DNA of 33,937 nucleotides. Origin: Sphaeroforma arctica JP610. Its lineage: Eukaryota. Shown here in pieces: positions 13,738 through 24,229 of the stretch (positions within the stretch are counted from its first letter, which is position 1; each line of letters starts with the position of its first letter). The stretch is taken from contig NW_014039985.1 in NCBI RefSeq assembly GCF_001186125.1, forward strand, positions 1 through 33,937, read 5' to 3'. Both the position numbers and the translations under genes were made by a program. Under the pieces are notes generated by a model. That model had not been told where the DNA came from. It saw only the letters and a program-made list of their open reading frames with translations, and did no database searches.

Positions 13738-14877
13738 GCAGCGATCGCCGCGACAATGAATACAGGCCTATACCTGATGCTCACTATATCTGGCTATTTC
13801 AGTATCTCTATACGGATGAAATGACGCATACGACCCGCTCGCAATATTTTTCTCTGGTCTCATGGGCATAGGAGCCGGCTGTTTGTGGACCGCACAGGGT
13901 GCCATGGCTCTATCATACTCTACAGAGGATAAGAGGGGTTTATTCACGGCCACTTCTTGGATGATTTATATTTGGGTGGGGTTGTCAGGGGTTTGCTAAC
14001 CATGTATATCAATTTTGGAAATGAAGGTGCGGGGGGCGTAAATGCGCAAACTTTTTTTATGTTCTGTGAAATCATGTTATTGGGTGTTCTATTTGTGGCT
14101 ATCTTCATTGTCCATCCATCGAAAGTGATCAGGGCCGACGGGCAATGCGTGAATTTCGATAAACAATCAAAGCCCTTAGAAGAGATTCGGAGTGTACTGG
14201 ATATGTTTACCAATAAATATATGGTTCTGCTGACCCCAATTTTACCGAGTTCGAATTGGTTTTATGTCTACGATTTCGGTGCCATAAAAGGCAACTAATT
14301 TGATGCCGATACAAGAGGAGTGAACAACGCGCTATTCTGGAATGCATGCAGATGGTCGGCAGGTATTTTTTTTCGGCGCCGTCTTCTTAGATACGCAAGT
14401 GATGGGGCGCAGGAAGCGAGCTGTGTGGGGTATTATAATCATGTCTGCAGTAACATTGTTTCATTGGGCGTACGCTTTGCTCTATCAGATCAAGTAGAGC
14501 TACGACAAGGGCAACCCTCTGTCGCCTCTTATCAATTTTACCCAAGAACCAAACTATGCCTTACCAGCATTTTCGTACAGTTTATGGGCCAAGTAGATGC
14601 AAGCATTCAAACTTATGCGTACTGGATTTTGGGGGCGATTGCAAATTCACCCACCGTGTTGTCAAGATACGCAGGTTACTACAAGGGTATACAATCGCTG
14701 GGTACGTGTATGTCATGGATTTTAGAATGAATAAAAATGTCATGCCGTCATCAATTGTACGTATGTATTTTCTGGGATGTAGTATGCATTCTACCTACGT
14801 GCAAGGTAGCAACGATGGTCAAGGATCGAGGAACTAGCGAGGATAGTGAGAAAAGTGCAATTCATACGGACTATTAA
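13738..14877 (+). pseudogene. UNC-93-like (DUF895/MFSD11-type) MFS transporter pseudogene
   Basis: Fragments across frames: NTGLYLMLTISGYF, LMGIGAGCLWTAQGAMALSYSTEDKRGLF, LGGVV, IVHPSKVIRADG, LLTPILPSSNWFYVYDF, FDADTRGVNNALFW, RRKRA, DASIQTYAYWILGAIANSPTVLSRYAGYYKGIQSLG. It is interrupted by in-frame stops (TAA 14296-14298, TAG 14495-14497, TGA 14728-14730) and several frameshifts (~13965, ~14345-14375, ~14588). The final frame runs on to TAA 14875-14877. A T-rich acceptor precedes 13738. Confidence 0.85.
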
Positions 14878-15643
14878 ATATAAAATCTCCAGTATGTTTA
14901 AATTGTATCAGTATGCCGAAATTGCTTCCGAATCGGGTGCACAATCATAAAGACCTGACCTTGCACATATGTGAAATCTACAGAACGTATAAGGGTATAT
15001 AATGCAACGTAATATACAAATGCATCCCAATCCAACCACGGACGGCAAGAATTATAAGCAGCAATCTGCTTCCTTGGTATATACACGAAGCCTCATACTA
15101 AAGAGCAGGTTTCTGTACTCGATAAAGTTTCAGTGATTACAACCACGCATATATACGTAGGAGCGATTGTATTATACTATGGCACTTTAATAATTGGATA
15201 GATGCCATGCCCATTCAATCGGGCTCATAATCCGCGATACATCAATGTAAAAGTAGGTGAGAGTTTATATATTTGAATACGGCGTTGCGTCTCCTCGGCA
15301 CCGTACTTCATTTTTCTTTGAATGCAGATAAACATTTATCGATTAAGAGTCCGGAAATTGTTATGTGTGTCGGCTGATTAGTACAAACACTCCGGTACAA
15401 CGAAGAGACACCTTTAAGCTCGACAAAATTCCTAATCACGTGAAGTGAGCATGAACGTGTTTTTTTACCCTCTACATTTTTACAAGCTAATTATCATACT
15501 AACGCTATGCATGGATCAAAACTAAATACTTTCATTGAAAAGCTATTGATTCTCAAAAGTACACGCACACAGTTGAGATAGAAACGAATATATGCAAGCA
15601 CCCTTTTCAAATTCACTGAAACCAGACATAAATACAAACCAAA

Positions 15644-15773
15644 AGCTCAGACAGCGATCGCTCGCCAGTTATTATCTTTGACGACGGGCCCACAGGTAGG
15701 TTCTCCATACTTGCCGAAGCTTTCAGGTCCTATAGGTTATCCGCCACTCATAAGTAAGATTGTCATCATAGCC
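15644..15773 (-). ncRNA. Box C/D snoRNA, copy 3 of 3 (structured, U22-like architecture)
   Basis: Minus strand: GC-T-ATGATGA (box C) ... CTGA (D') ... TGT-CTGA (box D)-GC, with a short terminal stem. Near-identical to the copies at 16096-16226 and 16613-16742, while the flanks are unrelated. Confidence 0.85.
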
Positions 15774-15810
15774 ATGTATGCATTGTCTAACGAGCGACAA
15801 ATAGGCACTT

Positions 15811-15928
15811 GTCACATCAATATCCATAAAATTGTAGTCGCTACAGTTCACTAAATATAGAAAAAAAATTGGACACTCGTCGCATCAACATCCATAAAAT
15901 TATCGTCGCAACAGTTCAATACATATAA
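15811..15928. repeat. ~50-bp imperfect direct repeat (15811-15860, 15879-15928)
   Basis: GTCACATCAATATCCATAAAATTGTAGTCGCTACAGTTCACTAAATATAG vs GTCGCATCAACATCCATAAAATTATCGTCGCAACAGTTCAATACATATAA. Confidence 0.85.
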
Positions 15929-16095
15929 ACAAATAATTCACAAGAACAAAAACTCCAAACGGGCGCAGTAGAATCCATGCGCAATTTATTATGCTCACTA
16001 CGCTATAATACGGCCGGGTCTAGTAAACAAATCTATCGTGCACATCATGCGACAGGTTTAGGCATTCCGATCATAGTATACGACAGTATGGTTGA

Positions 16096-16226
16096 AGCTC
16101 AGACAGCGATCGCTCGCCAACTATTATCCTAGATACGGGCCCACAGGTAGGTTCTCCTTACTTGCCGAAGCTTTCAGGTCCCATGAGTTTATCCGCCACT
16201 CAAAATGAATAATTGTCATCATAGCC
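16096..16226 (-). ncRNA. Box C/D snoRNA, copy 2 of 3
   Basis: Same C (ATGATGA), D' (CTGA) and D (CTGA) boxes, central stem and UUCG loop. Similarity stops at the terminal stem. Confidence 0.85.
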
Positions 16227-16612
16227 ACACATTTATCAAACGGACAGACAATTGAACGAAGCTGGTCGCTCACACTGAATACATTCGACATACCAATATT
16301 CGTGAATTGTAAAAGCATACATACACATCAAGTGCTACAGGTCACTGAAGACTGGGCTCAACCTGTACATCGATTATCATACAACTGTAACAAACGTACA
16401 TACACTTAATAGGTATAAAGAAGAACGGGGGCATTAATGGGTAAACATACTTTATTTTGCTTTAGTATACCACAGAGCTCAATTAAAGTGCAAGTGCGGC
16501 TAGGTAAAACTATTGTGCGGGTCTGTGGAATGTATTCTGATGAAAAAAGCATTGCGAGAGGCATTTAGGTTCTACGACACACAATGGTCACTGAGTATCT
16601 AGAATGTGAAAA

Positions 16613-16742
16613 AGCTCAGACAGCGATCGCTCGCCAATTATTATCCTAGATGACGGGCCCATAGGTAGGTTCTCCATACTTGCCGAAGCTTTCAGGTCCC
16701 ATGGGTGATCCGCCACTCAAAAGTAGGAATGTCATCATAGCT
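16613..16742 (-). ncRNA. Box C/D snoRNA, copy 1 of 3
   Basis: Minus-strand sequence AGCT-ATGATGA-CATTCCTACTTTTGAG-TGGCGG-ATCA-CCCATGGG-AC-CTGA-AA-GCTTCGGC-AAGT-ATGGAGA-ACCTA-CCTATGGG-C-CCGTCA-TCTAGGATAATAATTG-GCGA-GCGA-TCGC-TGT-CTGA-GCT. Confidence 0.85.
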
Positions 16743-16966
16743 AGTCACAAACATTACATGCAATCACGACACACCAACAAAAGATGGCATACTAGTATTT
16801 GGAGTTAACAGTCCATTGCTGATATATCCACAATCGAGACAAAGTATACATACAACAGAATATTGTACAAATCAAACCTCCAGCCTGGAGATCTCAAGTT
16901 TCAGGGTATAGTACACTAGTTTATTAATCAGCTCCACCATGTCCCATCATTCATTGTCATACGCGC

Positions 16967-17381
16967 TTACGCCTCAACCTTGGCCGCTCCAGCATTTTTC
17001 TTGTTGTGCCTTTGTATTGGAGAGAAATAGGGCAAACAAAAAAACTAAGAAACCGACAATAAAACCTGCAATAGCTGCTTGTTTGTAGAGTGGCACTCCG
17101 ATTAAGTTTCACTAGGGAACATAAATCATGGCGGACAAGACCAATATTGAGCCCGAACATGATAATACCATAGTCGTGCTAGATGCTGCAACTACAAGCG
17201 AGCGTGCATATGCAAATATTCCTCTTCAAAATACATACTTCTTGGCGAATCTCATGTTCCTCTTGAACTTTGGGTCAACACCACGCATATCAGGGTATTT
17301 CTGACGCTGGGGCTTCTTGATACCATTACGGTGAGCCTTGGCGCTCTGGTTATGGGCGGTATGATTTTTGGACTTGGCCAT
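16967..17381 (-). CDS. RPL29: 60S ribosomal protein L29 (eL29), 61 aa, 2 coding exons
   Basis: Exons 17381-17239 and 17009-16967 give [61 protein letters not shown], with the hallmark eL29 N-terminus. GTATGT donor and AAG acceptor. A TAG acceptor at 17391-17389 just upstream of the ATG indicates a 5' UTR intron, with a candidate donor GTAAGC at 18136. Confidence 0.97.
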
Positions 17382-18139
17382 TTTGACACTACATTTCGGG
17401 GAAAGGCAGAATACAAAACAATGAGTGACAATACATGACCATCGTTGATAGTAGTTAGATTGTATCACAAGCTATTCAAATTTGTAGGTCGGTAAAATCA
17501 TCTCTCAGATTTGTATGAATACATTTTTTGGTATATTCAATAACAATTATGTAGACCGAGTGTTGCTTTCAGACTTGTATATGGTCGTCCTTCATATCTG
17601 TGTCGAGGTCTCTTGTACTACATTTGCTGTTTCGACCGAAAATACAATTGGCATAGCTGTACCGTTCCTATGTCTGTTATGCACGTAAATATATAGCACT
17701 ACATGAGAAAACACTGACCCCCACCATATTATAGCATGCTGGCCATATATGAAAATCCAGCCGTTAAAACTACTGCGCATGCTTGTTTTTGCTGAAGTTG
17801 TCTGTCACACAAATATCGACCATCAATAGTGACTGCGCTGCGCGAAATGATGATTTGGTCCATGTTATGCAATTCGATTGAGTAAGAATAATTTGCTGCT
17901 ATATGGGTGACTGTGGGGTCCTATAGGTGAATGTATTCTCAATGGCGACTCGTTTCCAATCGTATTCTTGAAGCCAGATTTTGAGCTTGATACAATACTC
18001 TCAATTCCAGCTCATTAATTACGCCTGGTTCATAAATCGCACAGCTGAAAGTCCTTGCAGTCATGCAAAACACACATAATCGACTTTAAGGTTACACTTC
18101 CTACCTAGTTTCCTTGAATCGAAAGAGAAGGCTTACGGA

Positions 18140-18943
18140 TTTCGAGTTAGTGTGTTATGTAAATAATTGTCGTGTCCCATGCGTTTCCTGATTACTGTAA
18201 ATCATATCAATTGCACATGGGTTTACACTGTAGGTATTGGTCAATAGCCGAAAATAATATTTTGTTGAAATAAACTTAAAAATAAAATAAAAACAAATAA
18301 TTTCCCTCCAAATATCCTTCTAAAAAAACCCCCTGTGATTCCACTCACAACAAGAGTCACAACAAGCCTGAAGAGATGAAGAGAATAGAGATGCTTGATT
18401 TTACTTTTTCAATAGCCTTCATAAATTGAAACATATGGTAGAATGATATTTTGTTGCAAACAAACCCATTTTTTAATAATAATTGTGTACTAAGGTATGA
18501 AAAGTAGTAGTAGATACAGAAAATGTTCATGACTCGTAGAATGCCAAGCATAAAAGGTGGTTTACGACATTTAAATGGAAAAGTCTGCTGAATTTTTAAA
18601 GAGACTTTGTGATTTTAATCATAGTGTAGGCCCCATAAATTGAGATAGAAGTGCATACTTTACATGCACCTGTGTAGAAAAATTGGACTTTTTTCTAGCG
18701 ATCAGATAAAAAAAAGCAACGTCAACTCCCACGCGCTGTACGTTATCAGAATTGAATATTGCTCTCCGTATATACGCCCAGGGCCTTAAAACACTTGCTG
18801 TGATAAATATTACTGCTTACACCGCTCACTCTCAGCTGTCCACATATATTCTCTGTTAGACTGCGTAGTGCGTACCCTCTTTTTGCTCTGTCTTCGCAGA
18901 CATATATACACACATAAAAATACATATACATAAACTAGTAATC
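18140..18943. promoter_or_regulatory. Putative divergent promoter region between RPL29 (-) and ADE4 (+)
   Basis: Head-to-head gene arrangement with an AT-rich core near 18250-18330. Inferred from position only. Confidence 0.4.
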
Positions 18944-21900
18944 ATGTGTGGAATAGTAGGTGTACTGCTTGGTCACCACGATAATCACGCCAACTGCGAA
19001 TTGTACGAAGGACTCAATCTGCTACAGCATCGTGGACAGGATGCGGCGGGCATCGTGACCAGTGAGCATGGTCATCTTTTCCAACGGAAAGAGAAAGGTC
19101 TCGTACGCGATGTGTTCACAAAGGTAAGCGTCACTATCACTTGTTTACTGAAGCTCACAGTTGCTCCTACATGGGAATAGATCACAATTTAATACAGGCG
19201 ACGTAGGGTGTGGCACCATCTTACAGCGGCACATTCAGGATTAATATTACTTTATGTGCATGCACTTTGAATTTTGCTGCACTGAGTGTTTCGTAAAGCT
19301 TTACGTTTCGTTCCGTATCGAGAGTATACTATATAGAGTCCAAAGATGGCGCTTGCTTGGTCACCTCAGTATGTCAGTGATTTGTCTGTGGGTTGTTCGA
19401 CTCAGTGAACACGAACATTAATCTGCTAGCGAGCCCCACACGCTCTTAAATCACTTTTTAAGTACAGAACCGAGTGTACTTCGGTACTTTTCTACTCCTA
19501 TCCTGTACAGTCTAATATTGTGTATTTTTAAGGGATGAAAGTGTAGCGTGGTGTGCGTATATGCTTTCAAATTCATTGGTATAATCTGCAGTACTAAATT
19601 ATAATTTTATATCAGAAAATTTGAAGTATGAATTTATCACATACATCCTGCTCCAGGATTGTGATATATGTATCGTGCGTACATTGGGAACTCAGATCTA
19701 TTAAAGGTAGTCGCAGCCCTTCAGTCAGGGTCAAAGTTGGCAAGCCAACTATAGCCAAGACAACCACCTTTTTTTATGAGGCGTGTATCGATGGGCTGCA
19801 GTGCAATATCGCTTGCTCAACAATTTGTAAGCACGCCAAAACCCAGATGATTGCGATTGCGAATGGTTACATTTCGTATACTTTGATTGTGCGATTCTAA
19901 AGTAACCCATATTTAACCTATTTATGTACCGTACAGGACGCTCTGAGGGGTTTGCGTGGACATATGGGTCTTGCGCACGTTCGTTATCCCACTGCCGGAA
20001 GCTCCTCAAATGCAGAGACACAGCCCTTCTACGTCAATTCACCATATGGCATTACGCTCGCACACAACGGGAATCTGACAAACTCTGAAGAGCTCAAGAA
20101 ATTTTTAGATGTGGAAGCGCACAGGCATATTAATACCACTTCGGATTCAGAGGTGTTGCTAAATGTACTTGCGTATGAATTGCAATTAGTGGATAAACAT
20201 CGGCTGGATCACCTGGATATCTTCAGCGCGGTGACGAATGTGATGGATAGATGTAGAGGTAGGTGTCAGTATCTTGGATAGTATTATAGAATTCTATGCG
20301 GTTTGAATCAATTGATAAGCTAACCGTTGCTTGCTTAGCGTTTATTCACCGTAGTTTTTCACTCGTATATGCGAGTATGACGATCGACGATTTTTTTGCT
20401 CAATAGGTGGTTATGCTGTTATTGCGATGGTCCCGGGATACGGGCTTATTGCATTTCGGGATCCTCATGGCGTGCGACCGCTTGTCATTGGGAAAAGAGA
20501 GAACAAGGACGGAACACTTGATTATATTTCGGTATGTACAAACATGTTGTATTTTTTCCCTGTATATATGTATGGTGTTATTGTCGCGACTCATCAAAAG
20601 TTGCATTCGGTTGCCTGCCCGTGCGTAAGAACCAGTGTGTCTCTGAGTTTGTGCATGTCATGCGGACCAATGTCTAAAGTAATACTCAGTTAGCGTTTTA
20701 CGATACAGCTGCACGCGAGAGTACTTTCGTTACCTAGCTGCTCTTGTACGTGTTTGTTCTCAAGAGCGGGCTTGTTGATTTGCTCATACTTGCGTTCGTA
20801 AGTTGCCTGCATGTCGCAGTACATTTTCATATTTACAATATACACGGTTGCTCACAAGACATTGCTCAATTTGCCTGCCGGATTCTGGTGCTGGGCGTGC
20901 TAGATTTCCTTTTATATTGTCAAGCCCCCCGTACTTCCGAACATATTTGATCATTAATGACGAACGTAATCTATGAGTCAAATCCACACGCATGTTCATA
21001 ACTGATATAGCGAACTTGTTTGTCTTTAAGTATGAAACTTTGCAAAAACAATCATTGACACAAGGTCACTCACCGCTTGCAATATTTTTTCTACAGGCAT
21101 CAGAAAGTGTAGTTTTGGATTGTCTGGGGTATGAGCTAGTCGGGGACGTACTTCCCGGTGAATGTGTGATTCTACGAACAAAACGACATCCTTCGAAGGA
21201 AAAGCAGAAGACTATATCTCATGCCGACACAATTGTGCGGGCTATGTGTCTGAGCGAGGGTAGCTCAACGTCGTTCACACCGTGTATCTTTGAATATGTA
21301 TACTTCGCTCGTCCTGATTCACTCATCGACGGCGTTTCTGTCTATAAAGCACGGTAAGAATTTTTTAGTAAATATTGTTTTAAAAGTAATGTTTTAGACT
21401 TATTGATGTGTTATGATTCTGCTATGTGCCACTTATTGTAACTGTTCGGTGCCGGTGGTACACTGAAGATCCGCCACAAGTTGCCGATCTGTTGTCATGC
21501 GTACATAGCGATATAAATGTCTCATTTATAATCTTTCGAACAAGCAGACTGGCGATGGGCGAGGCACTGGGCAGAAAGATACAGCAGATGCCCAAACTAC
21601 TAGCAGATATCGATGTGATCATTCCAGTACCGGATACCTCCCGTGTTGCCGCGCTCCAGATGTCAGTGCTATTAAACAAAACATATCGAGAAGGATTCAT
21701 TAAGAATCGATATGTGGGTCGAACTTTCATTATGCCGGGCCAAGCGGAAAGGTGTGTTATACTCGTAGATCAATTTAGCTGCCGTGTGGCTTTAGGTTTT
21801 TATTTATTTACATTGATGGTTTCTGACCTTGCTGTCTGTACTTTCTGTGTATTTTTAAACAGGGTTGCCTCTGTCCGCAGGAAATTAAACGCCATGCCTC

Positions 21901-23262
21901 TAGAATTCAAGGACAAGAATGTCATGCTGGTAGATGGTGTGTGTTAGGCATTATTCGCAATTGGTTGTATATCACGATGTCGCATTATGTTGGATCAATG
22001 TTGCTGTCATCGAACCACTCGCCGTCTTTGCAGCGGGCGATGCAGATTGATATGGCGAGCTTTGCTATCACTAACGTACTCATGTAGCCGCTGGCTCTCT
22101 CCTTTGCCACGTTATTTCGTCTATTAGATTCCATTGTAAGAGGTACCACTTGTAAGGAGATCATCAACATGGCCAGGGAAGCAGGTGCAGCAAAAGTTTA
22201 CGTTGCATCGTGTGCGCCGGAAATCAGGTGAGTGGCCATATCGGATTTCATATTTGTTACTGCATCAATGTCCTGCTTCGTTGGGCGAGACTTGCGATTT
22301 GGCGGGTTCACTCTCTTGCAGCACACCTTGAATATAACTGGCGTGGCATATTGATCACGTAAAACTCCTATTGTTGACTGAGGCGTATTTGTCCATAAAC
22401 GCAGGTATCCCAATGTATACGGTATCGATATGCCTACACGTCAGGAATTGGTCGCCTACAACCGCACGCTGAACGACATATCGCGTTATCTTGGCGCAGA
22501 TGAAGTTGTTTTTCAGGTAAATATTTCCGGGTAATCCCGTACCGAGAAATTCCTGAATCACGCCTTTATTGCGTGTTGGTTCATGATCCTAAATAGATGG
22601 TTATGTTGGGTCATTGCGTGACCTGCTGATCAACTCTTGGGTAACCTCAATGCTTCGAAAAAGCACATTCGGTCCGTAGATGGTATCAACGTCCACATAG
22701 TCAATATGTCCTACTCTTGCTATCGTAGATTTTGCACATCTTCGTGCTCTTTCACTCGTCTGCTTTTTCATTCTTCTCGTATTGTATGCCTGTGCCATCG
22801 TAGAATCTTGAGGACCTTGTAAATTCAGTGCTTCAATGTTCGAGTGATACCAGCCCGGTGTTCTCTGGTTTTGACACATCGGTATTCAACGGCAAGTACA
22901 TTACCGGCGATATTGATGAGGCGTACATTGAAGGTCTTGAAAACTTCAGGAATGAGAGCTCAAAATTTGCCAGGGTATGTTCTGTCGTATTGTCAGATTT
23001 TTCAGCTTTCCTTGCTGCGTTCTATTTAGTCTGGACATAGACCCAGTGTTGCTTTTTCTTGATACTCTCGTTGGGCAATGGTTTGCTATTTCAAGCACCT
23101 CTTCGTCGCGATATCCGTTTAGGTTTCTGTAAATCCATCTGAGGATGATCGGGTTGAACCAAAAGAATGGCCCATTGCGGTTACACTCAATTGCTGTTGC
23201 ATCACATATTACAGACGCCATCTGAGCCCGAAATCGATGGCCTGTACAATTCACTTCGGTGA
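18944..23262 (+). CDS. ADE4: Amidophosphoribosyltransferase (glutamine-PRPP amidotransferase), ~530 aa, 10 exons
   Basis: Phase-consistent exons 18944-19123, 19937-20258, 20407-20531, 21097-21353, 21548-21751, 21863-21936, 22128-22227, 22405-22516, 22804-22974, 23215-23262 (1593 nt, TGA). Motifs [89 protein letters not shown] (PRPP site), [10 protein letters not shown]. Confidence 0.97.
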
Positions 23263-24229
23263 ACGTCAGAGCCATGGCTCTCGTGACGCAGGTATCCAGT
23301 TTTAGACACAGCTTACGGCTGGTACTACGGCACAGGGAGATTCGATGATGATCGAATTGTGAAAGAATCGTCGAGGCACGGCTCCATACGTACTTGTGGT
23401 GTCAAGTCAACGTCTATGCATATTTAATTTATAACTTCTGAAGCGAAGTTCTCCGACCGCCGTGCTCTCGAGTAGTGGAATTTGGCTGCAACCAAATCAA
23501 ATTATTCTAAAAGCTGAAATATGCGAGATAAATGGTTTAGTGCACTGCTGTATACGTGCTGTCGTTCTTTCATATTGAAATATAGGCGCGGTTGGTCCCA
23601 TAAATCTCTCGCACCCTTGACTCTTTGTGCAGATACCATGTAAATGTGGCTATTATCTTGCAAGGCGAAGAGCTGCAAAAGAGCTTATCAGACTTGAAAA
23701 GTATATCCGTCTGTGCAACCCATTCCTAACTTGTACACGCCTACGCTGCTTCGCTACATGCTCCACCACTGCGTGTAAATTCTGCGACTTGTAGACTGCG
23801 GCAGTTGTAAAAAGTGCCATCACTGTGCAAATAATAGTTCCGGTAGATCCGAAGGGATTGTTTCAGACTTCAGAGTCAGGAATTATACATAGAAGGATGA
23901 TATAAGCACTGGAGAATAAATATTGCCCAGACACATTTTGAAAATTGTATTTGGTTTGAGACCAGATTCTGACAAAATTTGAAAATATTGGCGGCCCAGT
24001 AAGAATTTTGGCCCGCCAGAAATCAACATGCCTGGCAATTTACAAGAGAACAATCCCTGTGTCAAAGGTTTTGAAATTGTTGTTGTTCCCTCAAGTCTAT
24101 AAAGGTATATGAATTTTTGTGATAGTCACAAGTAGTATGAGTGGTGGGAGGGACACGAGGCACTGTGGACATGGCAATCAGTTTCGACCTGACACAGACA
24201 TAAGTGTATGTACCTGACGCAGGGGAAAA

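Noticed and set aside
15644..16742. Triplicate repeat as hammerhead ribozyme, TPP riboswitch or U14/U3 snoRNA
   Set aside because: There is no CUGANGA/GAAA three-stem core, no TPP CUGAGA motif, no U14 domain A/B 18S complements that I could recognise, and it is too short for U3. Terminal C/D boxes explain the boundaries better.
17847..17853. Plus-strand ATGATGA box C motif in the RPL29 5' intron
   Set aside because: It is antisense to the host transcript, with no box D or terminal stem at a suitable distance.
23988..24019. GC-rich imperfect hairpin (TGGCGGCCCA...TGGCCCGCCA) as a Helitron 3' end
   Set aside because: No CTRR terminus at the expected distance and no matching 5' end identified.
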